A DNA stretch of 64,000 nt from Candidatus Multivoradales bacterium (GTDB lineage: Bacteria; Acidobacteriota; Thermoanaerobaculia; Multivoradales; JAHEKO01), in contig CBDCYF010000005.1 of assembly GCA_965224065.1 (NCBI GenBank), positions 2,175,616 through 2,239,615 of the forward strand, read 5' to 3'. Numbering within the stretch: position 1 is the stretch's first letter; every line of letters begins with the position of its first letter. The notes under the pieces were generated by a model that was given only the letters and a program-made list of their open reading frames with translations, made no database searches and was not told the origin of the DNA. Positions 15,653 to 25,977 of this stretch are shown piece by piece. The translations under genes and the position numbers were made by a program.

Positions 15653-18226
15653 GTGAAGCGCCGGATCTTTCTCGCCCTGGGGGCTGTCTATCTCGCTCTT
15701 CTGGCGATGTCGCACCTCGTGCGCTCGCAGCGCGCCGCACCGGTCCCGCCACCCGAACTTGCCGTCCTGGAGCTGTCCGCAGGATCCGATGGCCGTGACC
15801 CGGTCCGCCTCGGCTACAAGAGCTGGGGCCACTCGACCGACGTTGCGGTCGACGTTGCGGTAGTTCTCCTCCACGGCAGCCCGGGATCCAGCCGTGATTT
15901 CGACGCGCTCGGGCCCCGGCTGGCCGACGACCGCCGGGTGCTGGCGCCGGATCTGCCCGGGTTCGGGTTCTCGACCCAAAGCGTGCCCGACTACTCGATC
16001 GCGGCGCATGCCGGCTATGTTCAGGCGTTTCTGGATCGCCTGGATGTCGGACAGGTCCACGTCCTGGGCTTCAGCATGGGAGGCGGGGTCGCGCTCGAGC
16101 TCGCGGCGCGGCAACCCGATCGGGTGCGCTCGGTGACCCTCCTGTCTTCAATCGGCGTCCAGGAGCTCGAGCTCCTCGGAAGCTACCCCCTCAACCACGG
16201 CGTCCACGGGTTGCAACTCGCCGGCCTGTGGTTGCTCCACGAAGCGGTGCCGCATTTCGGGATACTCGACGGATTCCCGCTCAATGTCCCCTACGCCCGC
16301 AACTTCTTCGACACCGACCAGCGGCCACTGCGAGGCGTTCTGGAGCGGCTCGAGATGCCGATCCTCATCGTCCACGGCGAACACGACTTTCTGGTGCCCG
16401 CGGCGGCCGCCCGCGAGCACCATCGCCTGGCACCTCAGAGCGAGCTGGCGATGATCGACGCCGGCCACTTCATGGTCTTCCGGGACAACCCATCGCTGGC
16501 GTCGACGGTCGGGGATTTCTTGGGACGGGCCGAAGCCGGCCGGGCAGTCCGGCGGGCGGAAGCTCTCTCCGAGCGGCGGGCCGCGGCGCTGGTGCCGTTT
16601 GACGCCGCACAGGTTCCCGCGGCCACCGGCGTCACCCTGGCGGTCTTGATCGCGCTGATCGCGATCGCCACCTTGATCAGCGAAGACGCCACCTGCATCG
16701 CGACCGGCTTGCTGGTCGCGCAGGGCCGCGTCGGGTTTCTGGCGGGCAGCGTGGCTTGCGCCGTCGGCATCCTGGTCGGCGACTTGATGATCTACGCGGC
16801 CGGACGATTTCTGGGGCGACCCGGGCTCCGTCATGTGCCGCTCAAATGGCTCGTCTCGCCACGCGCCCTCGCTCGGGGCTCGGCGTGGTTCGCTCGCCGC
16901 GGACCCGCGGTGATCGTGTCGAGCCGGTTTTTGCCCGGGACTCGGGTGGCCACGTACTTCGCCGCCGGTCTTCTCAAAACCAGCTTCTGGAAGTTTCTGG
17001 GCTATTTTCTGATCGCGGTTCTCGCCTGGACGCCGCTCCTGGTCGGTCTGTCCGCCTGGCTCGGGAGCCGGCTGTCGCAGCACTTCGAGGCGTTTCAGCG
17101 CTGGGCGCTCCCCGGCGCCGTTGCCCTCGCGCTTCTCGCCACCGTCACCCTAAAGCTCGCGCGGGCGCTGTCGAGCTGGAAGGGACGCCGCCTTCTTCTG
17201 GGCGCGCTCGGCCGCAAGCTCAAGTGGGAGTTCTGGCCTTGGTGGCTGATCTATGTTCCGGTCGCCCCGTGGATCGCCTGGGTGGGGCTGCGTCACCGGA
17301 GCCCGACGCTCTTTACCGCCGTCAACCCGGCGATTCCGGCAGGCGGGTTTGTCGGTGAGTCGAAGGCGGCGATTCTGGGATCGATCGACCCCCGGTGGGT
17401 GGCGCGGTTTCGGAAAATTCCCGCCGGGGGATCACCCGCGTCCCGACTCGGGATGGCCCAAGACTTCTTGCGCCGCGAGCGGCTCGAGCTGCCGGTGGTG
17501 GTCAAGCCCGACGTCGGCGAGCGGGGGACTGGATTTGCGATCGTCCGCACCGAACAAGAGCTCGAAGAAGCGATCGCGGAGCAGAGTCACGATCTGCTCG
17601 TTCAGGAGTACGTCGGGGGCGTCGAGCTGGGGATCTTCTACACCCGACGGCCCCAGGAAGACAGCGGCCGGATCTTCTCGATCACCGAGAAGAGACTGAC
17701 CACACTGACTGGCGACGGAACGTCGAGCATCGAGAAGCTGATCCTCGCCGATCGGCGCGCCGTGCTGCAGGCCCCGATCCACCTCGACAAGATGGCCGGC
17801 GAGCTCGACCGCGTCCCGGAAGCCGGCGAACAAGTGGCGCTGGTCGAGATGGGCGTCCACAGTCGGGGGGCGCTTTTTCTGGATGGCTCCGGCTTTCACA
17901 CCGAGGCCCTCGAACGGACGATCGACGGGATCAGCCGTTCCTTCGATGGGTTCTTCTTTGGACGCTACGACGTGCGAGCGCCGTCCCACGACGCTTTTCG
18001 CCGCGGCGAGGGTCTCAAGATCCTCGAGCTCAACGGTGTGACCTCCGAGGCCACCCATATCTACGACCCAAAGAACTCATTTTTGGACGCGACCCACTTA
18101 CTCCGCCGCCAGTGGACGCTGGCCTTCGAGATCGGAGCACAGAACCGGGCCCGCGGTGCGCGACCTGTCGGTATCGGCACGCTGGCCCGGCTGGTCTTCC
18201 GGCACTATTTTCCCGAGAGCCGCTAA
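15653..18226 (+). CDS. three-domain fusion: alpha/beta-hydrolase + DedA/SNARE-associated membrane domain + C-terminal ATP-grasp ligase
   Basis: GTG at 15653, 23 nt after the olsA stop. HGSPGSSRDF..GFSMGGGVA (GxSxG) hydrolase fold. VIVSSRFLPGTRVATYFAAGLL DedA motif with several TM helices. C-terminal VVVKPDVGERGTGFAIVRTEQELEEAI...LVQEYVGGVELGIFY ATP-grasp. Confidence 0.7.
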   Translation: MKRRIFLALGAVYLALLAMSHLVRSQRAAPVPPPELAVLELSAGSDGRDPVRLGYKSWGHSTDVAVDVAVVLLHGSPGSSRDFDALGPRLADDRRVLAPDLPGFGFSTQSVPDYSIAAHAGYVQAFLDRLDVGQVHVLGFSMGGGVALELAARQPDRVRSVTLLSSIGVQELELLGSYPLNHGVHGLQLAGLWLLHEAVPHFGILDGFPLNVPYARNFFDTDQRPLRGVLERLEMPILIVHGEHDFLVPAAAAREHHRLAPQSELAMIDAGHFMVFRDNPSLASTVGDFLGRAEAGRAVRRAEALSERRAAALVPFDAAQVPAATGVTLAVLIALIAIATLISEDATCIATGLLVAQGRVGFLAGSVACAVGILVGDLMIYAAGRFLGRPGLRHVPLKWLVSPRALARGSAWFARRGPAVIVSSRFLPGTRVATYFAAGLLKTSFWKFLGYFLIAVLAWTPLLVGLSAWLGSRLSQHFEAFQRWALPGAVALALLATVTLKLARALSSWKGRRLLLGALGRKLKWEFWPWWLIYVPVAPWIAWVGLRHRSPTLFTAVNPAIPAGGFVGESKAAILGSIDPRWVARFRKIPAGGSPASRLGMAQDFLRRERLELPVVVKPDVGERGTGFAIVRTEQELEEAIAEQSHDLLVQEYVGGVELGIFYTRRPQEDSGRIFSITEKRLTTLTGDGTSSIEKLILADRRAVLQAPIHLDKMAGELDRVPEAGEQVALVEMGVHSRGALFLDGSGFHTEALERTIDGISRSFDGFFFGRYDVRAPSHDAFRRGEGLKILELNGVTSEATHIYDPKNSFLDATHLLRRQWTLAFEIGAQNRARGARPVGIGTLARLVFRHYFPESR

Positions 18227-20085
18227 CCGCAGGTCAGCCGGATGCGACGCCGGTTGGCTCGGTACTCGGCGAGCGCGAGCTCCTGGAGCTCGTCCAAACC
18301 GTCGGCCTCTACCCAACGTCTTCTGATCTCGAGCTCTCGCTCGAGGCTGAAGCTTCCCGGCGTCTCGCGGTGCCGCACGGTCTGGATGAGGGCACCGAGC
18401 GAGTTCTCGACGGTTCGCGCCGTCTGCCCCGGTGGGCAAAGCCCTTCCGGCAGGGTGATATTCCACACCGTCGACGTCAATCGCGGCGCGATCACCACCG
18501 CTGTTTCTCGCTCGACGAGCGCCGATGGCTCGGGCAGCGATTCGAGCGCCACCGCCTCGAAGGACGGCGCCCCGCTCTCCAGCCCCTGGACCAACGACTG
18601 GAACCCGACCTGCGCGGTCAGGTGAATCGTCGGCACCTCCCCCTCTTGCTCGGCCCACGAGACCGGACCGAGACGAGCCGCCGGGACGAGCGCCGAGAAC
18701 AGCCCCCGGGTCTCCTCCTCGTTGCGCGCGGATGGTTGCGCCGCGAACCGGTGGAGCACACCGCTCGCCGCCGACCCCACAAAGGACAGCGCTGCGCCGC
18801 CGTTGGCGCTTCCATCCGGCTTTACCGTGAGGGTCACCGTCATCTCGCGGCGCTCGTGCTGGGGGCGCTGGGGAGTCCGAGCCAAAGTTCCTCCCCGGCC
18901 GGTGACCACGAGTGCGTGCTGGTCCTGCACGCCCGGGTGCAGCCAGCCGGCGGTGCCACGGGTCTGCGTCGGATCGACAAAAAAGAAGCCGTCGCCCACC
19001 GGATCGTCGCCCTCCGCCGAAACCTCACCCTCCGGGATGGCCACGATCATGTGGTTGAACTGGGTCGGAGACGGAAACTCGCTGCGAACCCGACCGCGCC
19101 GCGCCGACAAGATCAACGCAGGGTACGCCTCGATCTCGGCTTCGCGCAACAGGTCCAGAAGCAAAAGCGATTTGTCCTTGCAGTCGCCCCAACGCCGCTC
19201 CAGAACTTCTCCGGGCGGCGAGGGCCGGTAGCCCCCGATGCCGACTTCGACGGCCACATAACGGATCTGGCGACGCAGATAGGCGAGCAGACTCTCGAGC
19301 CGTTCGCGTGGGCTGGTGGCCTCGGCGATAAGCTCGCGCGCCTTGCCGCGAACCTGTGGGTCGCCGCGCGCCAACCCGGACGCGACCCCCTCGTACCAAC
19401 GCGCCACGCCGGCCCAAGTCGCGTCCTCACTCCAGGCGACCAAAAGATACGACGCTTGCGCCTCCTCCGGCGCCCGAGCCGGTGCGATGACGCCCTCGAG
19501 ACCGTTTCCACGAACCGTCAAAGCGCCTTCCGCGACGCTGGCTTCCAAGTCCCCATGAGGTCCGAGAAACTGCCAGCGCATACCGGACCCACCCCCGACA
19601 ACTCGCACCGAGAGCTTCTCGACCGGCTCCTCGCCACGAAGCCACAGCGTGCTGGCCGGGAAGTAGGGTCGAACCTCGAGCGTGTACGAGATGTCGATCA
19701 CCGAGCCGGTGCCGAGACCCGGCAGCTCGAGAATTTCAAAGCTGGCCGAAGAATGAAGCAAGTCTCCGGAGTACTCGACCCGGTCCTTGTGCCGCCGCTT
19801 GACCCGGTCGCGGCGGCCGTCGGCGTGAATGGCAAAAGCCTCGACTCCTTCGAGCTTCCGGTTTTTGTTGAGACGGATGGGATAGACCGACCAGTCGGCC
19901 GCGTCTGCCGCCGAGTCCATCCGAACCCTCATACGGACCCGCTCGACAAACCGATCGGCGCCCTGAATGTCGACGGTTACCGTCCGTTCGAGAATCGTCG
20001 CTGCCGCAAGTGGCTCCGCGCCGACCGCCAAGACGGCAGCCATGAAAAGAACGCTAGCGCGACACCAAAACCAGTCTCTGCGCAT
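18223..20085 (-). CDS. secreted DUF3857 + transglutaminase-like (Cys-protease fold) protein
   Basis: Signal peptide MRRDWFWCRASVLFMAAVLAVGAEPLAAA. Transglutaminase core RRWGDCKDKSLLLLDLLREAEIEAYPALIL with a catalytic Cys. The start could also be the upstream ATG at 20106. Confidence 0.6.
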   Translation of the reverse strand: MRRDWFWCRASVLFMAAVLAVGAEPLAAATILERTVTVDIQGADRFVERVRMRVRMDSAADAADWSVYPIRLNKNRKLEGVEAFAIHADGRRDRVKRRHKDRVEYSGDLLHSSASFEILELPGLGTGSVIDISYTLEVRPYFPASTLWLRGEEPVEKLSVRVVGGGSGMRWQFLGPHGDLEASVAEGALTVRGNGLEGVIAPARAPEEAQASYLLVAWSEDATWAGVARWYEGVASGLARGDPQVRGKARELIAEATSPRERLESLLAYLRRQIRYVAVEVGIGGYRPSPPGEVLERRWGDCKDKSLLLLDLLREAEIEAYPALILSARRGRVRSEFPSPTQFNHMIVAIPEGEVSAEGDDPVGDGFFFVDPTQTRGTAGWLHPGVQDQHALVVTGRGGTLARTPQRPQHERREMTVTLTVKPDGSANGGAALSFVGSAASGVLHRFAAQPSARNEEETRGLFSALVPAARLGPVSWAEQEGEVPTIHLTAQVGFQSLVQGLESGAPSFEAVALESLPEPSALVERETAVVIAPRLTSTVWNITLPEGLCPPGQTARTVENSLGALIQTVRHRETPGSFSLERELEIRRRWVEADGLDELQELALAEYRANRRRIRLTCG

Positions 20086-22030
20086 CGCTCTTGACGACCC
20101 AATCAAACAGATCTCGAATCGTTTTGTAGGATTCCTGTCCGGGAAAGAGCGTCTGCCGGACGTCCACGCGACGCGTATAGCGGAGCCGGCGTTGCTCTTT
20201 GTCGACCTCGAGCCGCGCGGCCAACGATCCGGCCGAGCTGTCGAACTGTCGATCCTGAGGAGTTATCTCGATGTCCCAGCCCGCAGGCCATGCAAGCTCC
20301 AGCACCACCTCGTCGCGATCGGCGAAAGGCATCAGAACCGGTGTGGCGCGGCGGCTTGGATCGAGGGCAAAGGGCTGACCCACCGGCCCGAGCGGCCGGC
20401 TGGGAATCACGGATGCTTCGTCTCCCAGCACCTCCTCCTCCCGCTGCGCCATCGACCAGCCGACGCGGATCATCTGTTCCTCGACCCGCTCCTCGACCCC
20501 GACGTCGTCGATCCCATAGCCGGGGAAGCGATCTTCGAGCCATCCGCTCCAATAGTCGAGCCGTGCTTCCTCGTCCTCCCCCGAGCGAAGGGCCACCCAG
20601 GCATGATGACCCAAAAGCTGCAACGACCCGGAGCCGCGGACCCGGCCCTCCGGATCGAGCGCGAGATCGAGCTCGGCGCGGCGCGTGTTGTCGTCAAACG
20701 GTCGCGACGGCAGGACGATCACCTCGGGCTTGCGGTGATGAAAAACCAGCGCCTGAGTCCCTTCGAAGTCAGGAGCCAGACGCCCCATGGCGAGACCCCG
20801 ATCCGATGGATCGAGAAAAACCTGTTGTCCTTCGACTTCGACCCGGACCAGAGAGCGGTCAAACCACCAGGGATTGGCGACGGTCAGATCGGCGCCACCC
20901 TCACTTCGGCGGGTGGCCCAGATGAGATCCGGCTTGAGCTTGAGCGTCTCGAGCATGGTCCGCAACAACAGTGCTTTCTCGAGCTCGCTACCGGCCCTCT
21001 CCGTCAGAACCAGATCGGCCCTGCGGCCCTCATCGACGCCAAAGTCGAGGGTCGAGAGCGTGCGGATCTCGTCTCGGACAAACCGATAGATCGCGTCGAT
21101 CGACGCCCGCAGGCTAGGTTGACCGGCTGCGAGCTCGGCGGCCTCCTTCTTGGTCTTGGACTTGCGGCCGACAAAATTGTTATGCGACTCGCGAAAGAGC
21201 TCGCACGCGCTCTTCCAAGAGTCAAGGAGTGGGTACGGCGAACCACTCAGCATCACGCTCACCGGGATCATCATGATGCGGCTCGACAGCGCACGGACCG
21301 GCAACGAAGACGGCTCCTCGGGAATGGCCCGCACATTCTCCATCCACACCCGCACCCGGCGTCCGACGGCCCCCCTCTCAAGTTCCGTCTTGATCTCGTT
21401 GCGGGTCGAGCTCACCCACCAGCGCTTGACCGAGAGATTTCCGGGAACGATGTAGGTGATCTCGGACTCGAGCGCCGGCAGCGAGCCGGCGAAATACCAC
21501 GGCTCGAGAAAAAAAAGTGAATCCCAGCGCATGTCGTAGCGGTAGTCGAGGATCGCCCCCACTTCGACTGCCGGAAACGCCAGCTTGGTCACAAAATACT
21601 TTTCCGAGCGCGACCGGCGCTGTTCGAAGACCGCGTCCTTGGGTAGCTCGACGACTCTTCCGTCCGGCAACACGGTGCGGCCTTCCACGTTCTTGAGTCG
21701 GAAGAACCGGCTGTGCGGGATCTCCACCTCGCCGAAACGGATTCCGGCCTCGGTCAGCACCTTGAGGCGAACCTCGACTTGGAAACGCGACGAGGCCTCG
21801 GTCGGAAAGTCCATAAACTGCAGCTCGCCGCTGCGGAAGAGGACCACCGCCGCGGCTTCGGGATCGTACGGCGGCGCTCCCTGGGCTTTCTCGGCGTCGG
21901 TGATCGGTCGAAAGCCGGCGGCCTGAACAGGGGAAGTTGCGAGCCCCGAGGTCACTGACAGGGCCAACCAAGCAATCGCGGCAGCAAGCGCACCGCTTAC
22001 GCGGGTCCCTCCCCGTTTTGTCCCGCTCAA
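20054..22030 (-). CDS. DUF3857/transglutaminase-like paralog lacking the catalytic Cys
   Basis: 658 aa with signal peptide. The region RAGSELEKALLLRTMLETLKLKPDLIW aligns with the GDCKDKS core of the neighbour but has Cys replaced by Glu. Confidence 0.5.
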   Translation of the reverse strand: MSGTKRGGTRVSGALAAAIAWLALSVTSGLATSPVQAAGFRPITDAEKAQGAPPYDPEAAAVVLFRSGELQFMDFPTEASSRFQVEVRLKVLTEAGIRFGEVEIPHSRFFRLKNVEGRTVLPDGRVVELPKDAVFEQRRSRSEKYFVTKLAFPAVEVGAILDYRYDMRWDSLFFLEPWYFAGSLPALESEITYIVPGNLSVKRWWVSSTRNEIKTELERGAVGRRVRVWMENVRAIPEEPSSLPVRALSSRIMMIPVSVMLSGSPYPLLDSWKSACELFRESHNNFVGRKSKTKKEAAELAAGQPSLRASIDAIYRFVRDEIRTLSTLDFGVDEGRRADLVLTERAGSELEKALLLRTMLETLKLKPDLIWATRRSEGGADLTVANPWWFDRSLVRVEVEGQQVFLDPSDRGLAMGRLAPDFEGTQALVFHHRKPEVIVLPSRPFDDNTRRAELDLALDPEGRVRGSGSLQLLGHHAWVALRSGEDEEARLDYWSGWLEDRFPGYGIDDVGVEERVEEQMIRVGWSMAQREEEVLGDEASVIPSRPLGPVGQPFALDPSRRATPVLMPFADRDEVVLELAWPAGWDIEITPQDRQFDSSAGSLAARLEVDKEQRRLRYTRRVDVRQTLFPGQESYKTIRDLFDWVVKSDAQRLVLVSR

Positions 22031-22073
22031 GATGCCCGGAATTGTAACACTCGCGCGCCGGGCCGCGGGAGCG

Positions 22074-23162
22074 TCACTGCCGGCCGCCGTAGACCCGGCA
22101 GGCCGTGGCCTTGATCACCAGAAAGACCCCGCGGCCGAGCTCGAGCCCGAGATCGGCCGGTGTCGATTCGGTGACTTCGACAACGACCGGTGGCAGACCC
22201 GGATCGAGATCGAGCCGTACTAGCGCCGCCGCGCCTACCGGCTGGATCTCCCGCACGCGTGCGGCGAGCGCGTTACGCGCCGAGAGCCCGCGCGGCGAAT
22301 CGGTGGCGATCAGGACCTGGTTGGCCGCCAGGCCGATCAACACCTCGTCCCCGACGGCCGCCCGCGCCTCGCCGGTCACCAGCTCGGCTCCTTTTTCACC
22401 CAGAGCGACCCTCGCTCCCCGCCCAGTGCTTTCGACCAGCCGACCGGGCAAAACGTTGACAAAGCCCTCGAGCTCGGAGAGCGGAAAGACCTCGGGATCG
22501 CTCAACACCCGCGATGGCTCACCGGTAGCGGCCACCCTCCCTTCGCGCAGAACGAACGCGACGTCGCACAGGGCCTGAACCTCGATCGGGTCGTGGGTGA
22601 CCAGGAGCATCGGCACGGTCAACTGCGAGCGCACCCGGCGCAGCATCATCAGCAGACGCCGCCGGAGCGGCCGGTCGAGCGAGGCCAGCGGCTCGTCCAG
22701 AAGCAGGAGCGCGGGGTGCGAGCACAGCGCCCGCCCCAGCGCCACCCGTTGCCGCTCGCCACCGGAGAGTGTCGCCGGCCAGCGGTCCAGCAGCTCGTTC
22801 AACTCGAGGAGACGCGCGATGTCTTCGAGCGACGCACCCGGTCGCGAAGAAGAGTGCGCCCCCGCCAGCAGGTTCTGGCGCACGCTCCAGTGCGGGAACA
22901 GCAGCCCCTCCTGGGGCACGTAGCCGATGCCGCGCCGTTCGGGTGGCACGTTGATCCCACGCTCGCTGTCGAGCCACACTTCTTCGCCATAGACGATCCG
23001 TCCGCGCGCTTCCCGGCGAGCACCCGCGATCGTCTCCAACAGACTGGTCTTTCCCGCACCCGAGGGACCAAAAACGCCGGTCGCCGGCCCGTCGGTGGCG
23101 AGACCGACATCGAGCTCGAACCGGTCGAGCGGCAGCGAAACCCGAGCGTCCAGCCTTTTCAT
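22074..23162 (-). CDS. modC: molybdate-type ABC transporter ATP-binding protein with C-terminal TOBE/MOP domain
   Basis: Walker A GPSGAGKTSLL, signature LSGGERQRVALGRAL, Walker B LLLLDEP. C-terminal MOP-like beta region. Start taken at MKRLDARV (23162); the ORF extends to 23195. Confidence 0.7.
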   Translation of the reverse strand: MKRLDARVSLPLDRFELDVGLATDGPATGVFGPSGAGKTSLLETIAGARREARGRIVYGEEVWLDSERGINVPPERRGIGYVPQEGLLFPHWSVRQNLLAGAHSSSRPGASLEDIARLLELNELLDRWPATLSGGERQRVALGRALCSHPALLLLDEPLASLDRPLRRRLLMMLRRVRSQLTVPMLLVTHDPIEVQALCDVAFVLREGRVAATGEPSRVLSDPEVFPLSELEGFVNVLPGRLVESTGRGARVALGEKGAELVTGEARAAVGDEVLIGLAANQVLIATDSPRGLSARNALAARVREIQPVGAAALVRLDLDPGLPPVVVEVTESTPADLGLELGRGVFLVIKATACRVYGGRQ

Positions 23163-23208
23163 CTCGCGCCTCGACGGCCGGGAAAGGGCCGGCACTGCCC
23201 TCGCCGCC

Positions 23209-24150
23209 TCACGCGTCGCCTGCGTACTCCTGGTAGATCACGTGACCGCACGACTTGCAGTGGCTGGCGTCGGGATCGTGTCCGGTCAAGCCGCAGCGCT
23301 CGCAGGTCGTCTCCACTTTCCCGAGTCGGAAGAGCACCCGGCGCGCAAGCGTGGTGAGCTGCCAGGGGATCATCAGGACCCCCACCAGAATCATGACCAT
23401 CGTGACCATCTTGCCGGCCAGGGTGTGGGGCGTCATGTCGCCAAAGCCGACGGTGGTAAGCGTCACCACCGCGAAGTAGATGCCGTCGAACAGGCTCGGC
23501 CAGGTCTCCGGGTGCGCCTCGTGCTCGAGCTCGTAGAGCGTGCCTCCGGTGACAAACACGAGACAGACCACGGTAAGGACGATGCGCAGCACGATCAGGT
23601 GCTCGGCCGTCACCTCGCCAAAGAAGAACTTGCGGCTCTGGACGAGTCGCAGCAGCCGGAAGAAGCGCACCAACCGGACCAACTGGAGCTGCGGACCGAG
23701 AAAGAGCGGCAGGATCGCGGCACCGTCGATCAGCGCCATGGGCGACACCAGATAGCGCAGCGAAAACCCTTTGGCCCACCAGCGCACCAGATACTCGACC
23801 AGAAAGATCACCGTGATGGCGACTTCGAGCGTCCGGATGACCCGCATGGTCGCCGGGGGCAGCTCCAGGGTGCTCAAGATAAAAAGCGCGCAGATGGCCA
23901 GGATGAGGGCCCCGACCACCGCTTCGATCACCCTGCCGGTGGTCGAGGCCGGCTCGTTCAAGTACCAGTCCATCCGGTCCTGAAACGACAGCTCGGACGG
24001 GTCGACGACTTCGTAGACATCGTCGACGTCGCGGAACAACCGAGCGTCCCGACCCTGCAGGAGCCGCAATTTGGCGGTTGAGGAGCCGCTGTCGGACTCG
24101 CTGGGGCGCGGGCTCACGCGCCCGAGTTTAGCCTGACCGCCTGCGACCAT
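23209..24150 (-). CDS. tetrameric K+ channel (6TM/ion_trans type) with C-terminal zinc ribbon
   Basis: Selectivity filter TLTTVGFGDMTP, Arg-rich S4-like helix RLVRFFRLLRLV, C-terminal CERCG...CKSCG. N-terminal start uncertain. Confidence 0.7.
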   Translation of the reverse strand: MVAGGQAKLGRVSPRPSESDSGSSTAKLRLLQGRDARLFRDVDDVYEVVDPSELSFQDRMDWYLNEPASTTGRVIEAVVGALILAICALFILSTLELPPATMRVIRTLEVAITVIFLVEYLVRWWAKGFSLRYLVSPMALIDGAAILPLFLGPQLQLVRLVRFFRLLRLVQSRKFFFGEVTAEHLIVLRIVLTVVCLVFVTGGTLYELEHEAHPETWPSLFDGIYFAVVTLTTVGFGDMTPHTLAGKMVTMVMILVGVLMIPWQLTTLARRVLFRLGKVETTCERCGLTGHDPDASHCKSCGHVIYQEYAGDA

Positions 24151-24214
24151 GCGCTGCTAGACTTGCGCGTCGACCCACCGACCGTCACCTTCAACCTTCA
24201 GCCGAGGAGGCGAG

Positions 24215-25780
<1,566 letters not shown>

Positions 25781-25783
25781 TGC

Positions 25784-25940
25784 GGCGGGCCGGGGCAAGC
25801 CCGGCCCCTACAAAATTGAAGCGGCCGCCGCCTCTGGCGGCCGGCGGGCCGGGGCAAGCCCGGCCCCTACAAGATCGAAGCGGCTTGCACGCGGGACTGA
25901 AGCGGCCGGACCTGTGCCGGCCGTTTGGGCCGGCGCCCAG
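25784..25940. repeat. REP/BIME-like cluster: 2 x GGGCCGGGGCAAGCCCGGCCCCTACAA hairpin + GAAGCGGCCGCCGCCTCTGGCGGCCG hairpin
   Basis: Intergenic between convergent abgT-like and TrxR-like genes. 8-bp GC stem with GCAAG loop. Confidence 0.5.
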
Positions 25941-25977
25941 GCGGGTGTTGCCGTCGCTGGCCGCCGACGCACCTGAT

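Noticed and set aside
16148-17083. 311-aa minus-strand ORF
   Set aside because: Antisense inside the hydrolase/DedA/ATP-grasp fusion gene.
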